64,000 nucleotides of DNA from an uncultured Clostridia bacterium. GTDB taxonomy: Bacteria; Bacillota; Clostridia; Christensenellales; UBA1242. The notes beneath the pieces were generated by a model that was given only the letters and a program-made list of their open reading frames with translations, made no database searches and was not told the origin of the DNA. This document shows positions 44,848-57,100 of this stretch, piece after piece. Location of the stretch: positions 210-64,209 of the forward strand of contig CANREZ010000002.1 of NCBI GenBank assembly GCA_947629745.1, given 5' to 3'. Position 1 is the first letter of the stretch; every line of letters begins with the position of its first letter. Position numbers and translations under genes: made by a program.

Positions 44848-45261
44848 ATGAGAAAATTTTTTGTACTAATATTTGCACTCGCTGCGACCATTGGGCTATG
44901 CAGCTTGCAATACACCAATCTCTGTATGCTCGATGTAGGTGGCAGATACATATGTTATAGCAGAGACAATACCACATTTATTCCAGTGGACATGGATGAG
45001 GCAGTGGAGGAATATTGTAGGGCAGACGCGCCATATGGCGAGTGTATCATACTGTATAGTGCCGATGATTTTGAGTATGTCAAGCGCACATTGATGCTAA
45101 GGCAGGTGTCAAGCGATATGTATGGACAAACCAAGATAGAGTACTACTATAGCCCACGGTTAAAGGAGAAGATAGATATCCGTGGCAAGTCGGTGAATAT
45201 CACCGTGGCATATGGCGAGAACGTAAAAATAGGTTATCCAATAATTCGGGATAGTTTCTAA
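44848..45261 (+). CDS. Small secreted protein, possibly YwmB (DUF1779)-like
   Basis: Signal peptide. The C-terminal VNITVAYGENVKIGYPIIRDSF resembles the YwmB-family C-terminus. Its position upstream of the spoIIQ-like gene fits known synteny. Confidence 0.3.
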   Translation: MRKFFVLIFALAATIGLCSLQYTNLCMLDVGGRYICYSRDNTTFIPVDMDEAVEEYCRADAPYGECIILYSADDFEYVKRTLMLRQVSSDMYGQTKIEYYYSPRLKEKIDIRGKSVNITVAYGENVKIGYPIIRDSF

Positions 45262-45319
45262 CAAATATGTATAGGAAAGGAAAAATCTGTCAATAAAAAT
45301 TGTAGCAAGGAGGAAAGAT

Positions 45320-45904
45320 ATGAAATTAACTTGGGAGAAAGTCAAGGATTACGCAGGAAGATATGGCTACATAGCCTTGATAATAGTCGCTATGATAGCA
45401 CTTGCCGTGGTGATTGCGGTAGGGTCAGTGCTCGCATCAAATAGCGGGGATACACCTATAACAGATATCCCGACTGAGGGACAAGTGACTACATTCTACG
45501 ACCCAGTAGCCGAATTTAGACTTGGCAAGGACTACAATGGCTCACATCTAGTCTACAATGAGAGTCTAGAGAAATGGACTCCTCACAAATGTGTGGACTT
45601 GCTCGTAAATGACAAGGCTGATGTATATGCTGTACTCTCGGGCACTGTGACAAATATAGACAAGACCTATATGCGCGGCACAGTGGTCACAATTGACCAT
45701 GGCGACGGACTAGTCACTAAGTATGCATCACTAGAGAATGATGTGCCACTCACAGTCAATGCGACCGTTGAGCGTGGCCAGAAGATCGGAACAGCTACCA
45801 TTAGCCCAGAGGGCAAGCAATTAGGCGCCAGACTACAATTCTCAGTATTCAAAGACGGCCTAGCAGTAGACCCTAATAATTATCTAAGTCTAGGGGAGAA
45901 GTAA
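45320..45904 (+). CDS. Membrane-anchored LytM/M23-domain protein with degenerate active site (SpoIIQ-like)
   Basis: N-terminal TM. HKCVD keeps HxxxD, but YASL replaces YxHL and ARLQFSV replaces HLHFE. VTIDHGDGLVTKYASL and VERGQKIGT form the M23 core. Lies next to spoIIID, as spoIIQ does in Clostridia. Confidence 0.6.
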   Translation: MKLTWEKVKDYAGRYGYIALIIVAMIALAVVIAVGSVLASNSGDTPITDIPTEGQVTTFYDPVAEFRLGKDYNGSHLVYNESLEKWTPHKCVDLLVNDKADVYAVLSGTVTNIDKTYMRGTVVTIDHGDGLVTKYASLENDVPLTVNATVERGQKIGTATISPEGKQLGARLQFSVFKDGLAVDPNNYLSLGEK

Positions 45905-45928
45905 TCTAATAGAAAAGACACATTAAGA

Positions 45929-45958
45929 CGACTTGGCATATACCAAGTTGTTTTTTTT
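45929..45958 (+). terminator. Intrinsic terminator
   Basis: ACTTGG-CATATA-CCAAGT followed by TTGTTTTTTTT. Confidence 0.8.
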
Positions 45959-46042
45959 GTTGGGAGGATGGAGAATTTGGATAGCGCATTATAAGTCTCC
46001 CAAAGATTTAAGTAACCTAAATGAGGATAAAATATTGTAGTT

Positions 46043-46262
46043 AGATGGTAGAGAAGTTTGAACATAAGCGGGTAAAAAGTCGGCTCAATCCTCTCAGTGT
46101 GGCACGCCACTTGCCTGGGGTAATAATAAAGTATGTTTGTTTAATTATTAAAAGAGCAATGAGTTGGTAGAAAGAAAGATATAAGCCTGCTCAATCCCCT
46201 CAGTCTGCACTTCGTGCATCCAGCTCCCCCTACTACGGGGCGCCTAAATAAGGTGTTAAGAA
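46043..46262 (+). repeat. Hairpin-repeat locus C: V(+) 46043-46120 and U(+) 46161-46262
   Basis: GCTCAATCCTCTCAGTGTGGCACGCCACTTGCCTGGGG is the V module. GAGTTGGTAGAAAG...GCTCAATCCCCTCAGTCTGCACTTCGTGCATCCAGCTCCCCCTACTACGGGGCGCCTAAATAAGGT is the U module. This is the same V-then-U tandem as 6399-6645. Confidence 0.85.
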
Positions 46263-46271
46263 ATTATAAAA

Positions 46272-46306
46272 AGAGTGCTGCAATTGCTTGCAACACTCTA
46301 TTTTAT
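46272..46306 (+). terminator. Hairpin following repeat module U(+)C (weak terminator)
   Basis: AGAGTGCTGCAA-TTGC-TTGCAACACTCT (one mismatch), followed by ATTTTAT. Confidence 0.45.
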
Positions 46307-46504
46307 CCATCTTAGTTATTAATTATATTTTAGTTATTAGTTATATTTTAATTAATAATTAAATTTTAGCTATTAATTATATTTTAATTTTCTATTTTGT
46401 CTTAGTTATTTAATCTTAGTTTTATATTTTATTAGTAATTTATTTTGGTAATTAATTTTATATTAGTTATTAGGTTAATTTTGGTCAATTATATAATAAT
46501 TTTG
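46307..46504. repeat. Extremely AT-rich, roughly 18-nt periodic low-complexity tract
   Basis: Recurring TTAGTTATT and (A/T)ATTATATTTTA units (for example cttagttattaattatatttta, gttattagttatatttta, gctattaattatatttta). It abuts the acpP stop codon. Confidence 0.7.
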
Positions 46505-46741
46505 TTATTTACTTGATAATTTCTCAACAATTCGGGCTACGTCGCCAACGGTCTTTAACTTAGCTGCTTCGTCATCGCTAACCACTATGCCTTTTTTATC
46601 CTCAAGTATCATTAGTAATTCCACGACATCTAGACTATCTGCGCCTAGGTCATCGACAATCTTGCTATCTGCACTAATTTCGTCCACTTTAAGAGATAAT
46701 TGGTCGGCTAATATCTTCTTTACCTCGTCTAACGCTGTCAT
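46505..46741 (-). CDS. acpP: Acyl carrier protein
   Basis: 78 aa. LGADSLDVVELLMILE contains the phosphopantetheine-Ser motif DSLD. RBS AGGAGG. Confidence 0.92.
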   Translation of the reverse strand: MTALDEVKKILADQLSLKVDEISADSKIVDDLGADSLDVVELLMILEDKKGIVVSDDEAAKLKTVGDVARIVEKLSSK

Positions 46742-47186
46742 ATCTCCTCCTAAAACTGCTTATTATAATTATATTGATAATAGACCTTATAGTAAAGCAA
46801 AATTGAGGAAGTTGTGCATAAAAATCTACTTATCCAAATATTGCATAATATGATCACAAAAACGTGATAAGGTTCACCATGTGCCACAAATAGTGTAAGG
46901 GTAAATAACCACTAATTCTGTGGCGAACTATAACAATTAATTATCATATAATAGTACTCTATATAATCAATTGCTATACTACCGAGAATTATCCTTTCAC
47001 TCAATATAATAGCTATATGTCACTAGATTACTGCAAAAGTATACTTTATCTGATAATCGATAGATTATCCTAAGTGATAGAGTAATTGGAATATAAACTG
47101 CAAGATCCCTTCATTTTGTCGAAAGTTGTCAAAAATTGGCATACAACCACATATTGATTCATATTGTAGATTAAGAGGTGAATCAT

Positions 47187-47450
47187 ATGTTATTTTATAA
47201 AACCCGACAAGAAGAAGTTGGCAAATATATCCTAAGGCACAAATGCACAATTCGTGCCGCGGCTGCACACTTTGGCCTAAGCAAGAGCACGGTACATCTG
47301 GATGTCTCCCATAGGCTAAAGACTATCAATCCAGGGCTATATGCTCGTGTGAAAAGAGTGCTTGAAACGAATTACGACGAGCGTCATATTCGTGGTGGAG
47401 AGGCTACAAAACGCCACTATGCGCAAGCAAAAGTTAGTAAGGTAAAATAA
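47187..47450 (+). CDS. spoIIID: Sporulation transcriptional regulator SpoIIID
   Basis: ORF track 47178..47450. ATG at 47187 follows AAGAGGTG. HTH segment IRAAAAHFGLSKSTVHLDV, plus INPGLYARVKRVLE and HIRGGEATK as in B. subtilis SpoIIID. Confidence 0.88.
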   Translation: MLFYKTRQEEVGKYILRHKCTIRAAAAHFGLSKSTVHLDVSHRLKTINPGLYARVKRVLETNYDERHIRGGEATKRHYAQAKVSKVK

Positions 47451-47491
47451 TACAATAACTAAATATTTTATTCCAAATATACATCACTTAT

Positions 47492-47524
47492 TGACAATAT
47501 CTATTATGATATTGTCATTTTTTA
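47492..47524 (+). terminator. Intrinsic terminator of spoIIID
   Basis: TGACAATATC-TATTAT-GATATTGTCA-TTTTTTA. Confidence 0.85.
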
Positions 47525-47968
47525 TTACTTACCAAAATCGCAAATTTTAGTAAATTGGGCAAGTATTAAGGCGTGAGAACTTTAGCAAGACTAGGTGGAA
47601 AGAGATCTTATCCTTAATGAGTACAAGAAGGTTTAGGTGTGAGTATTTTAGATATTTGGAATCGTGGGTTTTCATAAATTCTGCTTATGATTAGTGGTGT
47701 GTATGATAGTTATCTTTGTGTTCCACTAGTAAATAGGATGAAATGGTGATAGGCAGGGGTGGTCTTGTGTGCTAAAATTTGACCGTTTATTAGATGAGTT
47801 AAATGTATGCAGATATCGATCTTCATCAAGGTCCATTGGCGTTTTGATGAGTTAAATCTTTTAGCTAAGTTATCGCTCTATTTAGCGAGGTTATTGCCCA
47901 CAGCACTAGCCTCATTTTGGTGGGCTTAATTTATCAGTCAATATCCGTCCAAATAGATATCAAATCGT

Positions 47969-47997
47969 TTGACATATTTCGTCAAAAAAAATACAAT
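47969..47997 (+). promoter_or_regulatory. Sigma-A-type promoter upstream of the giant ORF
   Basis: TTGACA (47969-47974), 17-nt spacer, TACAAT (47992-47997). It would give a leader of about 175 nt before the ATG at 48181. Confidence 0.55.
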
Positions 47998-48180
47998 GGG
48001 ATTAGATATATTATATTTTATATAATATACATTTATGAAACTGTGACAAGGCAGGGAAAATTTTGATGCAATTTTGCTACAAATAACTAGTCCCTCAAAC
48101 TATCTAAAAAGTGGCTCGTATAATTTGCCAAAATTTAGATAAAATTCACCCTTTTGTAAATACTAAAAATGGAGATAACT

Positions 48181-51100
48181 ATGGTAAAGAAATTATTTGG
48201 ACTGATTATCACTATCCTTTGTTCGACGATTGTCCTATTCGGGTGCGGTGACCCGTACAAGAATATGAATCTCATCCTGTCGGACGAAGTGGTTGATTTA
48301 TATATAGGCGAGGGAGATGACCTGCTGAGCCAAGACGTGACAGCTAATGTGACGGGCGCGGCAAAGGGCGTGCGCACCAATGTCGAGTACTGGCTAAGTG
48401 GTGATGAGAATATAACTATCACGACCAGCGTATCCGGCTCAGTTACAACTCTACATATGACAGCAAAGAATCTCGGCCACTCACTCTTGACGCTTAGAAC
48501 CATTGAGGGAAATATAAAGCGCGAGATGCAGGTGAATGTGTATCGCAAGATTGAGTCTGTGGACTTTGCTTCCACTGACCTTGCTATTGCAAATGGCGGA
48601 AGCCTAGATCTATCTAGTGTGCTAAACTTCACACCAGCAGATACTAACCAAAGAGATCTAAGGTACGAATTCTTTGATGCTAGCGGAAACGTATTAAACG
48701 AGGGCTACACACATTTTGAATTAGACGGCAATACCCTAAAGATGACTAGATCCATCAACTTGACTGACGTAGTAGATGGATACATCCGTGGCACAAACAT
48801 CCCACGCACGACTAGCAGCAAATATCCATACCCATTCATACGCGTTCGTGCTATATCGACATTCAATGAGACTATTTCCTCCGAGATAAAGGATATCTAC
48901 ATAACCGACGCTGTATCGAGCGATGATATCAAATTATTCGCAGAGAGCTTGTCCAGTGGCATGAGCGAAGTGGGCAGGAATAGCCAAGGAATGTATGAAG
49001 TAGTGTTATCCAGCAACACTGCAGGGGAGAAGACTGCTCTGTATGACAGACGACTAAATTTCCGCATAGGTGATGATGACTCGGCTGACCTTGGACTAAA
49101 TTATACAGTCAATTTGCTTGAAGCCGGCAAATACACTGACAATAGCGCTAACGACCCAGTAGCATTCGTCTCAAACCTCGATGTTGAGGAAAGGGAGGGC
49201 TCACTATTTAGATTCCGTATCACTTCGCACAAGAACGGCACGGACACGTTAGTATTCCGCGTACAGCACAAATCTTTCCCAAATCTTGTAAGCTACGATA
49301 TACCTGTACTTGTGCGAGTGTTGGCTTTCCCAAATGACCTAGTCATAACCTCAGGTGGGGTGAATATCCCTACATTAAATGAAGAGGATTTATTTAACGA
49401 CGCACGCACGTATCAGGAACTTAACGTGCTAAATCTATTGCACAATAATCCAAGCATCGAGGCAATCGCATTTAATATCCTGCCTAACAATCAGGCGGAC
49501 AACCGTGATGCAAGGATTACTTTTAGGATAGAACTAGTTACTGCCGAGGGCGTGCAGATGGCAGGTATGACCTTCGTGGATGACCGCTCAGGCAGGCAGA
49601 TTCTTGGCACCAGCGAGACAGTATCTCCAAATAGTGAACTGTATATCTATCACAATATCTTAAGTGGAGATATGATAAGGGATATTGCACATGGCAAAGT
49701 GGCGCTTAAGATTACCGCAAATTGCGATATGAACCCACAGAGCGCGGGTCATGATGTGTATGTCGATTCGTTTACTAAATACATTCCACTTGGCTACTAC
49801 AAGAATGTGGATACATTCAATGTGTCAGGTGAGATATTCCTAGATATAGTCAATACTGAGTCTACCGAGGTGGCAGCACAAGCTGATATCATCTCATCCG
49901 ATATAGGTGTGGATGTTGTGCCATTCAAGCTGTCAACAAGAGACCAGAATGTCACAATTACGAGCGTGGCGCAAGATAGCGCGATAGAAAATCGCGTGAG
50001 CCTAGACGGGCAGTATCTATTTAGCATATGGCAGTCGGATATGAGGATGTATGCTGTGGCAAATAGAGATGGTTTCACCGGACAAGTGAATATATCCATC
50101 TACGACCCAATAAGGCTAAAGAATATCAGCACCAACATCATAGTGTTTAGTCCAATTACTGAAGAATCGGTAGTGGTCGATGCTATCAATCCTGCTTTTG
50201 ATAGGAATATCGTGCTAAATGCTAAGTTTAACAATGAGGACACTCTCCACCAGGAATTAGCTGAAGTGGACTTCGCAGTAAGACGCGAGGACGAGCCAGC
50301 AAAATCCATTGAACTTGGATTCTACAACGTAATCAATTTTGGCAACAACGATACACGAACGGTGATTGATAGTTCTCGTGTGTCTGTGAGAATCTATGCA
50401 GGGGATAGAGAAAATTACACTTATCTATCATATAGAGATAGCGCGCTATTCGTGAGCTACAGGACTTATGTCGACCCTGAGCCAATTCGCGTGGTCATAT
50501 CCATTCGTGGATACAATTATACCACATCGGGCGAAGGTGTCGTAGCCGTCACTGTGGAAAAGGAAATATTAGTGCATATCTATCAGATAATCTCCTCAGT
50601 AGATGTGAGGACATCAAATTCTGATACATATGACTTAACGAGCCTAGGATTCTTTGATAGATCAGTTGAGGCAAGTGATCGTGGCCATGATGTGAGCGTG
50701 ATAGACCTCTCCTACGACGTGGCAAATATAGATTATGACAGTGTCTTTAAGAGATTCACTATCACAAACTTTGACCAAGTAGTCTACACATATGGAGATA
50801 TAGAGGTCACACTGGGAGACCTATTATTCCTACTAAGATATGACGAGGATGCAACCACGTCTGATATAGGCCGAGCAATAGAGATAAACGGTGCGGGAAA
50901 TCTCGCACTTGTGCAATACGCTGACCTTGCTAGTGCAATGGTGGCAGGCGGAGCTATGCCAGATGACGAGACTGTCAGAATTCTCGGTAGAGACATTGGC
51001 TTTACCTACAATGGCAGTATTGCAACCCTAAAGACTCTAGCTGTGACAAACGTGTTAGATGAGATTCTTACACGTGGCAATGTCGTAGCAAATATTTATG

Positions 51101-54100
51101 TGGAAGTCTATCAGTACAAAGGATTTGATGTGTCAATCACCGACAATGTGCAGATTAGACTAAACAACGCACGCCAGACACTGGATATTATCAACAACAT
51201 CCCAGACGACGGAGTATATCTAGAGGTATCCAGCAGGGATAGACAGACCAACCCTGGCAAGTACAAGAGTTTTGAGACAACATTTACCCTATCACCAAGT
51301 GGGGTATTCAATAATAAACTCGTGGTGACCAATATTCCAAATATTGTGACCGTGGAGTACAATAATCAAATTCTATCTGTGGGCGATGTGATTGAATCTG
51401 GTTTGCCACTCACATTTAGGAGCAAAGATGCTAGCGGTACAGGATTATTCACTGTGGCTGCTATGGATAGTTATACAAGAGAAGATTTTGCAAGACTCAC
51501 TCGCTCAGTCCGCGTGACTGTGGCTGACGGTAGGAATACAGCATTCCACGTAGCTGATGTAGAAGATTTCTTGCAAATTGGCAGTGAAGCAAATAATGGC
51601 TTCAACTATATGCAGACCAAGGATATTTCCTTGCCAGCAAATAGATATATTACAGATTTTGCAGGTTCATATGATGGGCTATACACCTACTATGACGCAG
51701 ACTCGGCTGTGCACTATGTGCAGACCACAATTGCAAATCTTAATATCACAAGTGGAACTGGGAATATTGGATTATTCGCTCATGTGGCAAGTAACGCAAC
51801 GATAAAAAATATCGTGGTGCTAGGTGCACAGATTAGACTAGACAATGTGACAAGTGATGTGAATATAGGAATTCTATCTGGCAACCTCGAGGGTGAATTG
51901 TTATCCACAGATAACGGCATCACTCGTGTGCAAGGCTCAATTACCGTATCACTCGGCAGTGTAGCTGCTGCAAACATTGGTGGAGTGATCGGAAAGTCCG
52001 GTAAAGACCTGATCTTCCTAAATAACACAGTAGATATCAATAATGCTGATGTCGAGATCAATATCACAGGCAGTGCTACTACGCTGCTTGTCGGTGGCAT
52101 CGCAGGTGATGCTACTAGCTCTATCACGGGCGCAATCACCCGTGGTGTGATAAAAGCAGAGAATGCAATCGCTGGTGGTATTGCAGGACGCATTACAGGC
52201 AAGGCAATCAACGACGTTGTGAGCCAGACAGTGATATCGGGCGGCAAATATGTCGGTGGTATCGTAGGTGAGTTAAATAACGCAAATGTCAATAGAGCGC
52301 AAGTGGAATTCATAACAAGTGAAGTTTCACTACAAGCAAGTGAATATGTCGGTAGCATTGCAGGGCATAGCACGAGCAGTGACATCACGGCATCTTATGG
52401 CAGGTCTTACACCGAGCCTACAGATAAGAACAATATGACCGCAAAGACAGTTGGCGGCATCGTGGGCCTTGCAAAAGGTGGCACGATTAGTCAATCTTAC
52501 TTTGATGGATATATCACTTACTCTGAAAGCACAAATCAAAATATCGGCTACATCATCGGTGCAGACGAGGAGACAAATGTCGAGACTGCAGGTGATAGTG
52601 TCGACCTAACAACAATTGATAGATCATTTGCATATGTGGAGGGCACACTAAAAGAAAATACTGATGTGCTCCCATATGTATCTAATAGAAAGACAGATGA
52701 CTCCATGATGGAAGTCACGCTTAAATCCGGCTTTGACCCAGATAAGGCAGATGAGTTAAAAGAGAAAGGCCTCAAATTATTAGATGGTTCAAAGTCTGAG
52801 ACTACACTTAGCGGTGAGTACTGGATAGACGGCGTGAAACTAAGTGGCGTGACGGGAAAAGAATCTCGCTACCAGGCTTACTCAATAATTGATGCTACAA
52901 TTAAGAAAGAAGTGCAAAATGACACGACTCATAGATACTTTGTATCAAAAATTGATAACAAAGATGTAATCGTCGGTGTCATTCGTCCAGCGGATGGTGA
53001 CTATACAAGTGAGCAATGGACTAATGATGATCAATTCAATACAAACAAAGATAATCTCCAAGTAGAGCCATATGGTGGTGAGTTCTACAAAGGGGCTAGG
53101 AAGTACGACGGTGAGGAACAAACTGGTGAAGGCAACACACCATATCGAGTCACTGTCAAAGGAATTACAGAAAATCGCGCAACTGACTTAAATGGCGAGA
53201 TCAGTAATGACAAAATCTACTTTGTGGCTTACTACACTTATAGGAATTACACTTTAGCAGGAGCAGATGGCAAAACTAGTATCAAGCTGCGTAACATCCC
53301 AGGTATTGTGGCTTCATATCTTGCAAATAAGGACGGCAAAGGAAGTATTGCAAAAGGCCTAGAGGATGAGTCAGGTTGGAACGTAAATGACTCAGTGACA
53401 CTAAATGATATGCAAAAGGTTGCAGTCGAGGCAAATGCAAGTAGCAACGTATTCGCATCCATGAAGTTCAATATAAATGTCGTGGATGGAGCAAGCGCAT
53501 CTGGCACAGTCACACTCACAGGATATGATTGGATACAGTATGTGCTCTCAACCGATGCAGTCAATCACAATCTGCCAGTACAGATAGTGGATGGCAGACC
53601 ACTCTATAATCTATTACCAACTACAATTAGTAGCGTAATCCATGATAGCGAATTTAATGTAAACAATTCTAACTTTAAGATAGACGAAACACACGTTGTC
53701 CTCACATACAATGAGCCTGAGAGCGGTAGCAATGTGTTAGATATCAATAACCTCTATACAATAGGGTTGTACGAAGATAGTACCACCCAGACTATTTCAT
53801 ACAAACTGGGCGTACCAGAGAATTTATCCAATGGATTGTTCAACGTGGATAGCAGGGTAAATCTATCATTCGACAAATCTGGTGTGATAGAGGCTGTGGC
53901 ACTATCTAGCGGCAGTAACCTTCGCGTAGTGGGTGAGGGAGAGGTGAAACTCACCATCGCATCTAGACTAAATCCTAGTGTATCAGTGGATGTCAATATC
54001 CTAGTCGTGCGCGGTGTGAAGGATCTGATAGTCAGTGATGACGCAAGGAACACACTTGGCAATAACGCAAGTATGCTAGCATATGTGAATAGTTCCTCAG

Positions 54101-57100
54101 TCTACACATTCACTCCAACCAATACTTATAGGCCAAGTGCCAACTCACAGACATATTCATACAAGGCAAATGAAGCTCTTGGTTACCGCGTAACTCTCGC
54201 ATCAGATAGTGTTGCAGATATGGGCGAGAAGGAATTATTCTCACTAGGAAATGTGACAGTCAAGGCAAGTGAGCTTGCATCCGGCAAGACCATATATGTG
54301 GATAGTATTGAGCCACTGGTGATCACTGGACTATTAAAGTGCAATGGCGTGAATGTCACAATCACTCCATATATTAAGATAAATAATAGCACATACAATT
54401 TTGCAAAAGGTAATGAAGATAGTGCAAATGGCATCTATCTAGACGAATTAACCCGCACTTATGTGCTAACTATATTAGAGCGTGCACACGATATGACGGC
54501 AGCTAAGGAAGTGAAATTCACCACCTACACGCCAGTCGAATTCGATGTGTCATACGTCACAACATCAGTAGATGATATTGATGGCAATCTATCTCTTAAC
54601 AATGAAGATTTGGTGCTCGATACGAGCTCTATTGGGAATTACGGCATACTATCCGTATCTAGTCCAAAGATTGAGTCCCTTGGCAGCAACAACGAATATC
54701 GCGTGACTTACACGATATCCATATCGTTTAACAAAGATATGTATAGGATTCCGGGAAGCACGGTGCAGGCTAGCGAGTTTAGCGTAGTGTTCAACCCAAG
54801 GAGCAATCCAGATAACAAAGTTACAACTTTAGTAAAATTCGACACCGTGAAGGTGGAGAAATTGCAAACATATTTCTACCCATCAGCAATGCTCGATAGG
54901 ACGAATACTGACGAACTAGAGCTAAATGAGTCTCCAAGTGGTTATATCGTCCCAGGCAGGACGGGACTACTTAAGATCAACGCACTGCCAGCCTTTGCAA
55001 GCATCGACCAGATCGAGGTGAGGGCAACAGGCGACTACGTGCCATATCTACTATTCAATCAATATGTAGCAAGGTACGATGGTGATAGCGTGCTATCCAG
55101 ATTTGACTGGTATAGCCAAGGTCCTGACGCAGCAAACGTGCTTGTCGCAAGACGAGTTAGCAACGTGATAGGAAATGTATTCGAATATGACGGGTCATAC
55201 TACATCCGCATTATCCTTGCAGATAACGCACCAGTTGGCGGCACATTGCAGATACAATTGCTTGTGCACTCAGCCGATCAAGGCGACATGACATTTACCG
55301 TATCTATGGATGTGGTGAATAGACCTGAGATTGCAGTGCAGATCGACGGATCAGATGACACTGTGCTTGCAGCCGGCATGAGGAAGAAAATAGACGTGCA
55401 GGGCAGCACTTATGATAATATTCGCTTTAACGTATATGAGATAGATGCAGCAGGCGATAGAGTCCCTGTATCCGATAGCCGAGTGGAAGTGGTGCATGAG
55501 GGAGATGAATACTACTTGGTCTCTCGCGACACGACACGTTTTGGCTACACATACTTTGTGGAATTCACCGCAGAGAAGATGTACAACGGTATGCGTGAAG
55601 AAGCAATCGACACCATCCGTGTGCAAGCGGTGAAATACGAGATCACGGGCTTTAATATATCCGGCGCTCTTAGCGGCCACGTTGTAATAAAGAATTCTGC
55701 TACATTCAATCTATATATGAATATATCCACTAGCGTATCACCAGCTGTCGATATATCTGAGGACTTCATGATATTTGATAGCGTGGCAAATGGATTATTC
55801 ACATATTACTATACAGTAGATGACGTGTATCTCAGTATGGTCAATAATCCTTGGTACGAAGTCGTGGGTGACACATTCACTCCACTTGGTCGTGGCATGT
55901 CCGCAGGGCCAAATGGCGAGTATCGCTTCTACCCATCAGATACCGAGAATAATAGATTGCCATACATCCTTGCAAGGAAACTCACTACTCCAAATAACAT
56001 GCCACAGATTGCAGCCGAGCTAGATTACTACTACGATAGTCTAGGATATCCAAGGCTGTATGTCCGCGACATGAATCTATCTAAATATTATGCGCGTGTG
56101 GAATCCTTCACACTAGAGATTCAGGAAAATTCCACCTACGACCATCCAAATCCAATATTCAATGTAGATGACTTCATGGCGATGAACAACCCTGAGGCAC
56201 ACTACATCTTAGTGAGCGACCTAGTGCTCAATAACTGGAGGCCACTTGCTGCACAGTTTGCTACATTCGATGGCAATGGCAAGGTCATTACAATCAATTC
56301 ATTCAATACCACGATGGATAGCTCCAGTGCTGCAGGAAACTATGGAATATTCACTAGTATTCCGAACGGCGCTGTGGCAAAGAACATCACAGTGGATGTC
56401 TCTCCACTCCTTAGAGAGACCAAAGCTACTAGCGCATCAGTCGACTTGTCGAGTTTCGGCCAAGTGAATTTTGGTGTGCTCGCTGCAACCAATAGTGGCA
56501 CGATCACCAATTGTAAGATTGTGGCAAGAGATGACGGCAATGAGAATGCTAAATATCTCAATATCCTAACCGGACCACTAGCTTCAACCAATATTGGTGG
56601 CATCGTTGCAACCAATGCTGGCAGCATTACTAATTCTTCCGTAGGTCTAATATATATCAACGGAAGTGATGCAAGTAGAGAGGTCTACATCAACTCATCA
56701 TCTAGCACAATTAGCACCTCGGAGGGAGATGAGACCTGGACTACTACAAATAGTGGCGCAAGCTCCATGAATATCAAATCATTCTGGATAGTTGGCAATC
56801 AACACATCGGTGGCGTTGCATCAACCAGTTCTGGAGTGATCGCAAGCACATACGTAAATGGTGTGGGTATCATGAATAGCTCTAGCACCACGCAAAATAC
56901 TACGACCGGTGGATTTGTCGCAGAAAACTCCGGCACGATATTCGCAAGTTTCGTCCAAGGAATATACAGCAGTAGCAATAGCGATAGCAAATATAGGACA
57001 GATGAGTCTATATTCATCGAGACCAAGGGTGATGCAGGGGCATTCCTACACACCAATAGTGGATCGATCAACGATTGTTACAGTGCTATGAATATCAAGA

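Noticed and set aside
46295-46504. Replication origin (DnaA-box-like TTATCCATC at about 46303 plus an AT-rich unwinding-like tract)
   Set aside because: There is only one imperfect box (7/9), no cluster of boxes, and no dnaA/dnaN nearby.
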